Source: Nannocystis bainbridge (lineage in GTDB: Bacteria; Myxococcota_A; Polyangia; Nannocystales; Nannocystaceae). Taken from it: 64,000 nt of DNA. Both the position numbers and the translations under genes were made by a program. Under the pieces are notes generated by a model, which ran no database searches, had not been told where the DNA came from, and saw only the letters and a list, made by a program, of their open reading frames with translations. The stretch covers positions 2,432,001-2,496,000 of the forward strand of contig NZ_JAQNDL010000001.1 of the NCBI RefSeq assembly GCF_028368995.1, written 5' to 3'. Shown here one piece after another: positions 40,055 to 49,642 of this stretch (position 1 is its first letter; the number at the start of each line of letters is the position of its first letter).

Positions 40055-41584
40055 CTAGGCCGTGCGCCGGCGGCGGGCCCGATGGCCGAACCACAAGCCG
40101 AGCAGCGGCAGGACGAGCGCGCCGCCCGCCCCCTGGTCCGAGCTGCGGCACTCGCATCCACCCTTGTCGGTGGCGCCGGAGCTGTCGCCGTCGGTGCCCC
40201 CGTCGCTGGCAGATCCCGGGTCCTCGGTGTCGCTGCCGTCGTCGACGCCGGCGGTCTCGTCGCCGGTGTCCGCCTCGCCCTCGCTGCCGCCGTCGGTGGT
40301 GGTCGGCGCCGAGGCGCCGCCGACGACGATCTTCATCTGGTCCTGCACCACGTGCTCGGCGTGGTCCTCGGCCTCGAGTACGACCTCGTAGACGCCGGCC
40401 TGCAGGTTGGTGAAGTACCAGGCGCCGACCTGGTCGTAGTCGACCTCGTCGAGCGCGACCACGCCGTCGCGGCTGACCTTGATGCGCCAGCCGACGCCGC
40501 CGTAGTTGTCGTGGATGTCGGCCTTGATCTCGATGCTCTCGCCGACCTCCAGCTCGAGCAGGTCGCTGTCCGGCAAGAGCTTGACGGTGGGCGGCTCGGT
40601 GTCGGGCTCGGGCGTGCCGAAGATCTTGTTGAGCTCCGCGAGGTCGTTCTGCTGCTCGCTGTCCTCGCCGCAGTAGATCTCGTGGATCAGCCGGCAGCCG
40701 ATGGTGCCGGGCCCCTGGCACTGCTCCTCGCACAGCGCCTGGCAGTTGTCGCCGAAGTGCTTGTTGTTGCCGGCCTGGTAGCTCATGATCCGATCGCCGC
40801 CGAGCGTGTGGTCGAGGCCCCACGCGTGGGCGATCTCCTGGCTGATCGTCGCCGAGCTGCTGTCGAACGCGTAGACCACGTTGCGCTGGTCGCGGTCCTC
40901 GCAGTCGGTCCCGGGGGCGACGCCGCCGGCCGGGTCGCCGATGTTGGTGTCCGTCCACGAGCCGCCGATCATCGCCATCGTGTACGGCACGGTCTTGCTC
41001 GGGCGGTTCAGGTAGAGGACGCGGACCCCGAGCGACTCGAGGTCCTGCTGGACCGCCTGGATCAGGGTCAGCGCGGTCGCCTCGGAGCCGTTGAACACCG
41101 GGTACTTGTGGTTGTGGCGGGCCAGCGTGGACTTGCTCTCGGCCGAGTTGTCGGCGCCCGACTTGAGGATGCCGCCGTTGAAGTTGAGGAACACCGTGCC
41201 CTTGCGCGGGTACTGGTTGCCCTCGATGTCCTCCCAGGCCGGCAGCGGCTTGGGATCGACCTGCTTGAGGCCCTCGGCGATCTCGCGCCGCTGCACGACC
41301 TCGCCGATCTGCACCCACCCCTCGGGCAGCTTGCCGGGCGCCAGCGGCTCCGACGCGCGCGCGCTCAGGGGCGGCGCGTCCAGCTGCGACAGGTCCGGCT
41401 GCTCGACCGGCTCGGCCACGAACTTGCCACCCGCCTGCAACACCTCTCGCATGTCGTAGTGATGCGCGCCGGTGACCATCTTCGCGTACGGGTCGTACCG
41501 CTCGCCGTCGGCGGCCGCGGCGACCGCCGGCAACCCGGCCGTCACGCCGCAGAGGAGGAGAATTGCGTCTGCCTTCAAAGCCAT
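40055..41584 (-). CDS. Secreted metzincin-like protein with an Ig-like domain and a MYXO-CTERM-like tail
   Basis: Signal peptide, QEIAHAWGLDH plus Met-turn IMSY, and a GGCEC..hydrophobic..RRRR tail. Confidence 0.82.
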   Translation of the reverse strand: MALKADAILLLCGVTAGLPAVAAAADGERYDPYAKMVTGAHHYDMREVLQAGGKFVAEPVEQPDLSQLDAPPLSARASEPLAPGKLPEGWVQIGEVVQRREIAEGLKQVDPKPLPAWEDIEGNQYPRKGTVFLNFNGGILKSGADNSAESKSTLARHNHKYPVFNGSEATALTLIQAVQQDLESLGVRVLYLNRPSKTVPYTMAMIGGSWTDTNIGDPAGGVAPGTDCEDRDQRNVVYAFDSSSATISQEIAHAWGLDHTLGGDRIMSYQAGNNKHFGDNCQALCEEQCQGPGTIGCRLIHEIYCGEDSEQQNDLAELNKIFGTPEPDTEPPTVKLLPDSDLLELEVGESIEIKADIHDNYGGVGWRIKVSRDGVVALDEVDYDQVGAWYFTNLQAGVYEVVLEAEDHAEHVVQDQMKIVVGGASAPTTTDGGSEGEADTGDETAGVDDGSDTEDPGSASDGGTDGDSSGATDKGGCECRSSDQGAGGALVLPLLGLWFGHRARRRRTA

Positions 41585-41731
41585 GACTCCGCTCCTGCTG
41601 CCCGCCGAGGCGAGCTACGAGAACCCATCATACGAACATTCCCCGCGGGCACGCGTGGCGAGATGCACGCTCTTTCCGATTTTTCGCTAAACTCTGGGTC
41701 CACCCCGGACAATGTAGGATAAATCGTACCC

Positions 41732-42349
41732 ATGACTACCCTACAGCCTTCGACCGCGCCGCGAGCCCTTCGGGGCCTCCGCCATGCGCGCTGGACCGTT
41801 GTTTGGATGTTGCTGGGGACTGCGCTGCACGTCCCTGGCTGTGCCACCTCACGCCTGGAGGCGGCGCGATCTCCCGCCGGGGCGGCCGCGGAGCCAGGCG
41901 GCGGCGAGGCCTGCGAACGCTGGCCTTCGGGGCAGCGCGACCAGATCGCGGCGGTCCAGCCGCACGTGCAGTCGGCCGCGCGCAAGCACAAGCTCGACCC
42001 GCGGCTCATCAACGCGGTGATCTGGGTCGAGAGCAAGTTCAACGCCCGCGCGCGCGGCCCGGGCGGCACGCAGGGGCTCATGCAGCTGATGCCGTCGACC
42101 GCGCGCGAGCTGGCGAGCAGCCTCGGCGAGCGCTCGCGCCCGCTCGACGCCGGCTTCAACGTGCGCGCCGGCAGCCTCTATCTGGCGCGGATGATCCGCA
42201 AGTTCGACGGCAGCACCGAGCTCGGGCTGGCCGCCTACCACGGCGGCCCGGGGCACGTGCTCAAGTGGCGCAAGGCCGGCCGGCGCGGCGTGCCCGAGGG
42301 CAGCAAGAAGTACGTCGAGAAGATCCTCGCGGCCAAGAAGATGTTCTGA
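41732..42349 (+). CDS. Lytic transglycosylase (SLT domain)
   Basis: AVIWVES, GLMQLMPSTA and AAYHGGPG. Confidence 0.9.
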   Translation: MTTLQPSTAPRALRGLRHARWTVVWMLLGTALHVPGCATSRLEAARSPAGAAAEPGGGEACERWPSGQRDQIAAVQPHVQSAARKHKLDPRLINAVIWVESKFNARARGPGGTQGLMQLMPSTARELASSLGERSRPLDAGFNVRAGSLYLARMIRKFDGSTELGLAAYHGGPGHVLKWRKAGRRGVPEGSKKYVEKILAAKKMF

Positions 42350-42444
42350 GGGCCCTGCCCTCACGGACAGGACCCTCAGGACAGGGCGGTTACGACATAT
42401 CCGCGAGAACATGTCCACAAGGACATGTCGCGGCAGACAGCCGG
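42337..42444. repeat. 14-bp-period palindrome array (8 units) at a convergent junction
   Basis: Cores at 42340, 42354, 42368, 42382, 42396, 42410, 42424 and 42438. Confidence 0.85.
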
Positions 42445-42445
42445 C

Positions 42446-44053
<1,608 letters not shown>

Positions 44054-44180
44054 CGCTGGCTTCCTCGCAAATAACCTCGTTCAGGGCCGCGCTCCGATCG
44101 ACGACGATCGCAAAGCGCGAAGGGCCCCGAGGCCGCACGCCGCTTGCCGGGCGCGCCGGTGCGTGGTTAGCTTGCGGGAC

Positions 44181-44837
44181 TTGCACCGGCAACGCCCAAT
44201 CCTCCTCGCCGTGAGCCTCGTCGCGGTGGTGGTGTGGGCGGTTCCTCACGAAGTGCAAGCCTGCAGCTGCATGCCGCCGCCCGCGCCCACGGTCGCCCGC
44301 GACCAGGCCGAGGCAGTGTTCGAAGCCCGCGTCGAGGCGGTGCAGACCTCCGACTCGAACGGGATGGTCCGCTACGGGCTGGCGGTCCAGCGGGTGTTCA
44401 AGGGCGACCTGCCCGCGTCGACGACGGTCGTGACCCGCTCCAGCAGCGCCGCCTGCGGCCGCAGCTTCGTGGTCGGCAAGAGCTACCTGCTCTACGCCCA
44501 CCGCACGCCGGAGGGCGATCTCGGCGACACGATGTGCTCGCGCACCCGCCAGATGGGCACGGCGGACGAAGATCTCGCAGCCCTGGGCGCCGGCACCCCG
44601 CCCCCCGCCCCGGCCGCGCCCGAGAGCCAAAGCCGCGAGCCACCACGGATCGAGCCCCCGGCCGCCCCGCCAGCCCTCGGCGCCCCGGCGCCCACCACCC
44701 GGCAAGGCTGCGACCTGGCCGGCAGCGGGCCCGCCGGCCTCGCCAGCCTGGTCCTGCTCGCGCTCCGCCGTCGTCGCCGCGCCGCGACGTGCGTGAGCCC
44801 GCACCCGCAGGGCCCTGTCAGCGAGCCCGGAGCCTGA
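44181..44837 (+). CDS. Secreted TIMP/NTR-like protein with a MYXO-CTERM-like tail
   Basis: Signal peptide ending VQA-CSC, then VFKG, SSAACG, YLLYA and CSRT; GC..LLALRRRRR tail. Confidence 0.75.
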   Translation: MHRQRPILLAVSLVAVVVWAVPHEVQACSCMPPPAPTVARDQAEAVFEARVEAVQTSDSNGMVRYGLAVQRVFKGDLPASTTVVTRSSSAACGRSFVVGKSYLLYAHRTPEGDLGDTMCSRTRQMGTADEDLAALGAGTPPPAPAAPESQSREPPRIEPPAAPPALGAPAPTTRQGCDLAGSGPAGLASLVLLALRRRRRAATCVSPHPQGPVSEPGA

Positions 44838-44937
44838 TAGCCTCCGCGCCCGTCTGGGCGGCATGCCTGGAGCCACCACGACCGTCGCCGACGGCCGGGA
44901 TTCCGTGCATGCTTGCGCCAGCCTGGAGACCGCCCTG

Positions 44938-46575
44938 ATGTCCTTTGGCCTGTTCCGCGTCCCCGAACCCGTCAACGAACCCGTGCGCTCGTACGCGCCC
45001 GACACGCCGGAACGCGCCTCGCTCAAGGCCACCTACGCCGATCTCGCCGCCAAGAAGTTCGACGTGCCCCTGTGGATCGGCGGCAAGGCGGTCCGCACCG
45101 GCAACATCAGCCCGATCGTCTGCCCGCACCAGCGCAAGGCGGAGCTCGGCGGGTTCCACCAGGCCGGCTCGCGCGAGGTCGGCGACGCCATCGTCGCCGC
45201 GCAGGCCGCCCGCGCCGACTGGGCGGCGATGCCGTGGGACCAGCGGGCCGCGATCTTCCTGCGCGCCGCGGCGCTGCTGCGCGGGCCGTTCCGCGACAAG
45301 CTCAACGCGGCGACGATGCTGAACCAGTCGAAGACGGCGCACCAGGCCGAGATCGACGCGGCCTGCGAGCTCATCGATTTCTTCCACTTCAACGTCCAAT
45401 TCCTGACGCAGCTGTACGGCGAGCAGCCGATCTCGTCGCCAGGCACGTGGAACCGCGTCGAGTACCGCCCGCTCGACGGCTTCGTGTTCGCGGTGACGCC
45501 GTTCAACTTCACGTCGATCGCCGGCAACCTGCCGACGGCGCCGGCGCTGTGCGGCAACACGGTGGTGTGGAAGCCGGCCTCGACGGCGGTGCTGTCGGGC
45601 TCGGTCATCATGGAGCTGCTGCAGGCCGCCGGCCTGCCCCCGGGCGTCATCAACTTCGTGCCCGGCCCGCCCGCCGCCGTCGGCGAGCAGGTGCTGGCCC
45701 ACCGCGACCTGGCCGGCGTCCACTTCACCGGCTCGACCCCGGTGTTCAAGCAGATGTGGCGGTCGATCGGCAACAACATCGACAACTACGTCAGCTATCC
45801 GCGCCTGGTCGGAGAGACAGGTGGCAAGGACTTCGTGTTCGCCCACCCGAGCGCCGACGTGCAGTCGCTGGCGCACAACCTGCTGCGCGGCGCCTTCGAG
45901 TACCAGGGCCAGAAGTGCTCGGCCGCCTCGCGCGCGTACATCCCCGACAACCTGTGGCCGCAGGTGCGGGAGATCCTGGCCGACGGGGTCGCCAGCATCA
46001 AGGTCGGCGACGTCAGCGACTTCACCAACTTCATGGGCGCGGTGATCGACGCCCGCGCCTACGCCAAGCTGCGCGAGGCGATCGAGGAGGCGCGCAGCCG
46101 CCAGGGCGGGCGCGTCGCCGAGGTCATCGGCGGCGAGAGCGACGACAAGCACGGCTTCTTCATCCGCCCGGCGATCATCGCCGGGGTCGAGCCGGAGTAC
46201 CGGACGATGAAGGAGGAGCTGTTCGGGCCGGTGCTCACGGTGCACATCTACCCGCAGGCCCGCTTCGAGGAGACGCTGGGGCTGTGCGAGCGCGGCAGCG
46301 AGTACGCGCTGACCGGCGCCATCTTCGCAGAGAACCGGGGGGCGATCGTCGAGGCGACCGAGACGCTGCGCCACGCGGCCGGCAACTTCTACGTCAACGA
46401 CAAGCCGACCGGCGCGGTGGTCGGCCAGCAGCCGTTCGGCGGCAGTCGGGCCAGCGGCACCAACGACAAGGCGGGCAGCCTGCTGAACCTGATGCGGTGG
46501 ATCTCGCCGCGTACGATCAAGGAGACGTTCACGCCGCTCCGGGACTACCGCTACCCGTTCATGGACGCCGGCTAG
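44938..46575 (+). CDS. pruA: 1-pyrroline-5-carboxylate dehydrogenase
   Basis: NEPVRSYAP, FTGST, GETGGKDF, FEYQGQKCSA and NDKPTGAVVGQQPFGG. Confidence 0.96.
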   Translation: MSFGLFRVPEPVNEPVRSYAPDTPERASLKATYADLAAKKFDVPLWIGGKAVRTGNISPIVCPHQRKAELGGFHQAGSREVGDAIVAAQAARADWAAMPWDQRAAIFLRAAALLRGPFRDKLNAATMLNQSKTAHQAEIDAACELIDFFHFNVQFLTQLYGEQPISSPGTWNRVEYRPLDGFVFAVTPFNFTSIAGNLPTAPALCGNTVVWKPASTAVLSGSVIMELLQAAGLPPGVINFVPGPPAAVGEQVLAHRDLAGVHFTGSTPVFKQMWRSIGNNIDNYVSYPRLVGETGGKDFVFAHPSADVQSLAHNLLRGAFEYQGQKCSAASRAYIPDNLWPQVREILADGVASIKVGDVSDFTNFMGAVIDARAYAKLREAIEEARSRQGGRVAEVIGGESDDKHGFFIRPAIIAGVEPEYRTMKEELFGPVLTVHIYPQARFEETLGLCERGSEYALTGAIFAENRGAIVEATETLRHAAGNFYVNDKPTGAVVGQQPFGGSRASGTNDKAGSLLNLMRWISPRTIKETFTPLRDYRYPFMDAG

Positions 46576-46655
46576 CGGCCCGTCCTCGGGGGGGCGCGCA
46601 ACTGCGCCTCGACTTCGACTACCTTCGCCCGTAAGCCAAGTCCCGAGGACCCCCC

Positions 46656-46943
46656 ATGCGACACGTCATCCTCCCCGCCTGCGCGTCCCTCGTCCTGCTC
46701 TTTGGGGCATGTTCCAACGGCAAGGCGACGGAGGCCGAGTGTGCCGAGTTCGCGGCTCACTTCGAGGCGCTGATGGCGGGCGGGCCGACCTCGGTCGAGG
46801 TCGCCAAGACCACGCAGCTGGCCAAGAACATGGCGCAGGAGCTCCACGCCCGGTGCCTGAGCGAGGGCACCGCCGCCGAGGTCCGCTGCGCGCTGGCGGC
46901 CGAGTCGATGGAGGCGCTGCAGCGCTGCGGCGCCCCCACGTGA
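46656..46943 (+). CDS. Small Cys-containing lipoprotein
   Basis: Lipobox FGAC and four further Cys. Confidence 0.75.
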   Translation: MRHVILPACASLVLLFGACSNGKATEAECAEFAAHFEALMAGGPTSVEVAKTTQLAKNMAQELHARCLSEGTAAEVRCALAAESMEALQRCGAPT

Positions 46944-46950
46944 GGCGGCG

Positions 46951-47436
46951 ATGAGCGATCGAGACGGGGTCGTCGTCGGCGTCCACGTGAACCCCGCCGG
47001 CGGGGTGCCGAAGTTCGCCGTCGGCCTCGCGCTCGTCACGGTCAGCGGCGTCGCCGGCGATCGCCAGCTCGACCTCAGGTACCACGGCGGCCCCGACCGC
47101 GCGGTCTGCCTGTTCGCGCGCGAGCGCATCGATGCGCTGATCGCCGAGGGCCACCCGATCGCGCCGGGCACCACCGGCGAGAACCTCACGATCGCGGGCA
47201 TCGACTGGGCCCGCCTCGGTGCCGGCGACCGCCTCGTCGTCGGCGACGACGTCCTGCTCGAGATCACCGGCCCCGCCCCGCCCTGCAGCACGATCGCCGG
47301 CTCGTTCACCCGCGGCGAGTTCAAGCGGATCTCCGACAAGCTGCACCCCGGCTGGAGCCGCCTCTACGCCCGCGTGCTGCGCGAGGGCGTGGTCCGCGAG
47401 CGCGCCCCGGTCCGCCTGCTCGGGCAGGCCTCCTAG
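46951..47436 (+). CDS. MOSC domain protein
   Basis: GGVPK, GDRQ, HGGPDRAV, GENLT and PC motif. Confidence 0.92.
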   Translation: MSDRDGVVVGVHVNPAGGVPKFAVGLALVTVSGVAGDRQLDLRYHGGPDRAVCLFARERIDALIAEGHPIAPGTTGENLTIAGIDWARLGAGDRLVVGDDVLLEITGPAPPCSTIAGSFTRGEFKRISDKLHPGWSRLYARVLREGVVRERAPVRLLGQAS

Positions 47437-47480
47437 GCCGCGGCGCCTCGGCTGCGCAGGATCCGGCCGCCCGCCTCTGC

Positions 47481-47574
47481 GCGCCTGTCGAATCGGACAT
47501 GCCCAAAAGAACATGTCGATTCGGACATGCGCGAAGGGGCATGCCCTCGCGGACATGCCCCTGCGGACAGCAGC
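47481..47574. repeat. 14-bp-period palindrome array (7 units) at a convergent junction
   Basis: Cores at 47484, 47498, 47512, 47526, 47540, 47554 and 47568. Confidence 0.92.
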
Positions 47575-47583
47575 GAGCTGGGC

Positions 47584-48702
47584 TCAGCAGCCGCGCTTGC
47601 GCTTGCGCAGGCTGCTGAAAAAGCCCTTCTTCGGCTCGGAGACCGACTCGCCACTGAGCTCGGCGAGCTCGCGCAGGAGGTCCTCCTGGTCGCCCGACAG
47701 CTTGGTGGGGACGGTGACCTCGACGTGGATGTGGTGGTCGCCGAAGCCGCGGCCGCCGATCACCGGAACGCCCTTGCCCTTGCGGCTGATGACGTGGTTC
47801 GGCTGGGTGCCCGCCTCGAGCTCGAGGTCGATGTCGCCGGCGAGGGTCGCGGCCTTGATGGTGCAGCCGAGCGCCGCCTGGACCATCGAGATCGTGACCT
47901 TCGAGTGGACGTCGTACTCGTCGCGCTGGAACCGTTCGTCGGGCTGGACGGCGACCTCGACGTAGAGGTTTCCGGCCGGGCCGCCCTTGGCGCCGGCCAT
48001 GCCGCGCCCGGGGATCCGCAAGGTCTGGCCGTCGTCGACGCCGGCGGGGATGTTGACCTTGAGGGTCGCCTCGCGCTGGACCGCGCCGGTGCCCGAGCAG
48101 GTCTTGCACGGCGACGTGATCATCTGCCCCTGGCCCTGGCAGCGCGGGCAGGTGGTCTGGATGGTGAAGAAGCCCTGGCGGTGGATCACCTGGCCGTGGC
48201 CGTTGCACTGGCTGCACTGCTGCGGCTTGGTGCCGGGCGCCGCGCCGCTGCCATGGCAGTCGTCGCAGGCCTCCCGGCGCTGCACCGTGAGCTCGCGCTC
48301 GACCCCGGCGACGGCCTCGGCGAACGGGATGACCACGCGGGTCTTGAGGTCTCCGCCGCGCTGCGGACCGTCGCGGCGGCCGTTGAACCCGAGGTTGCCG
48401 AACAGGTCGCCGAACAGGTCGCTGAAGCGGCTGAAGATCTCGTCGGTGCCCTGGAAGCCGGAGAAGCCGGCGCGCGACGGGCCCTCGTGTCCGTATTGAT
48501 CGTAGAGCCGACGCTTGTCGTCGTCGCTCAGGACCTCGAACGCCTCGGCCGCCTCCTTGAACTTCTCCTCGGCCTCGGGATTGCCGGGGTTGCGGTCGGG
48601 ATGCCACTGCATCGCCGCCTTGCGATAGGCGCGCTTGATGTCAGGCGCGGGGGCCGTTCGTTCGACCCCGAGAATCTCATAGTAATCGCGTTTTGCGGGC
48701 AC
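47584..48702 (-). CDS. dnaJ: Chaperone DnaJ
   Basis: [13 protein letters not shown] and four CxxCxGxG repeats; GTG start at 48702. Confidence 0.97.
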   Translation of the reverse strand: MPAKRDYYEILGVERTAPAPDIKRAYRKAAMQWHPDRNPGNPEAEEKFKEAAEAFEVLSDDDKRRLYDQYGHEGPSRAGFSGFQGTDEIFSRFSDLFGDLFGNLGFNGRRDGPQRGGDLKTRVVIPFAEAVAGVERELTVQRREACDDCHGSGAAPGTKPQQCSQCNGHGQVIHRQGFFTIQTTCPRCQGQGQMITSPCKTCSGTGAVQREATLKVNIPAGVDDGQTLRIPGRGMAGAKGGPAGNLYVEVAVQPDERFQRDEYDVHSKVTISMVQAALGCTIKAATLAGDIDLELEAGTQPNHVISRKGKGVPVIGGRGFGDHHIHVEVTVPTKLSGDQEDLLRELAELSGESVSEPKKGFFSSLRKRKRGC

Positions 48703-48851
48703 CGCGCGCGAGAAGCTAAACACCTGCGTCCTCGCTGTCAACGACGGCTCCCCCGAGTCGGCACTGGCCGCCGTGCGGACCGCCACGCGCTCAGCGGAGC
48801 GCGCGCGGCGATGACGCTTGTGGTAGCGTGCGCGCCCGAGGACACTGCCCG

Positions 48852-49481
48852 ATGCACAAGATTGCTCCCATCCGCGCGCTCGTGGCGACCGCCTGCGCAC
48901 TCCCGATCCTCGCTGCCGGGTGCCAGGAAGAGCCGCTCCCGCTGTTCGACGAGCAGGGCACCTGGGTGCTCTCGCTGTTCAGCCTCGAAGACGGCGACCC
49001 CATCAGCGACTTCGGCTCTGGCCTGCGCCAGGAGAAGTACATGATCTTCTACGACAAGGACGCGAAGGTCGTGGCCACGGCGGCGTGCAGCGACTCGATG
49101 GGGGAGCAGGGCGTCAAGGCCAGCCAGTGCGACCTGTCGGGGGAGCAGGGCTACGCCTGTCGCTGCTTCAACTACGAGTTCGACGAGACGCGGATGACCT
49201 GGACCGAGTTCGTGCCCAAGGGCCAGCCGAAGCCGCCGGAGCCGGGCGAGGAGGACATCGCCAACGGCGCGGTGCCGCCGGACCAGGGGGTCCGGATCCA
49301 GCTCGAAGAGTACAGCCCCGACACGTACAACGACACCTGGCGCTACACCCCGCTCCCGTTCGGCGTGTTCGACAGCAACGGCGTGACCTCGCAGTACGTG
49401 TTCCAGGGCCGCAGCGAGGCCTCGTTCGACGGGACCGGCTGCCGGAAGGTGTGCGGCATCGCCGGCGAGCCGGCGATGTGA
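48852..49481 (+). CDS. Hypothetical lipoprotein
   Basis: Lipobox LAAGC and strong codon bias. Confidence 0.8.
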   Translation: MHKIAPIRALVATACALPILAAGCQEEPLPLFDEQGTWVLSLFSLEDGDPISDFGSGLRQEKYMIFYDKDAKVVATAACSDSMGEQGVKASQCDLSGEQGYACRCFNYEFDETRMTWTEFVPKGQPKPPEPGEEDIANGAVPPDQGVRIQLEEYSPDTYNDTWRYTPLPFGVFDSNGVTSQYVFQGRSEASFDGTGCRKVCGIAGEPAM

Positions 49482-49528
49482 CGCGCACGCCGTTCCCACG
49501 CCGGGGCGCTTCCGCTATCCTCGCCCGC

Positions 49529-49623
49529 GGAGGCGCTCGGCTCGCTGGTGCGGCCCCCGGTCTTCAACACCGGAGTGGGGTGCGAGGAGCGCCCTGGGCA
49601 GGTTCGATTCCTGTGCGCCTCCG
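49529..49623 (+). tRNA. selC: tRNA-Sec (anticodon UCA)
   Basis: 8-bp acceptor stem GGAGGCGC/GCGCCTCC with a G discriminator; D arm with TGGT loop; CCGGT-CTTCAAC-ACCGG anticodon arm (TCA at 49564-49566); long variable arm; GCAGG-TTCGATT-CCTGT T arm. CCA is not encoded. Confidence 0.93.
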
Positions 49624-49642
49624 ATCTCCTCGGCCCTGACGC

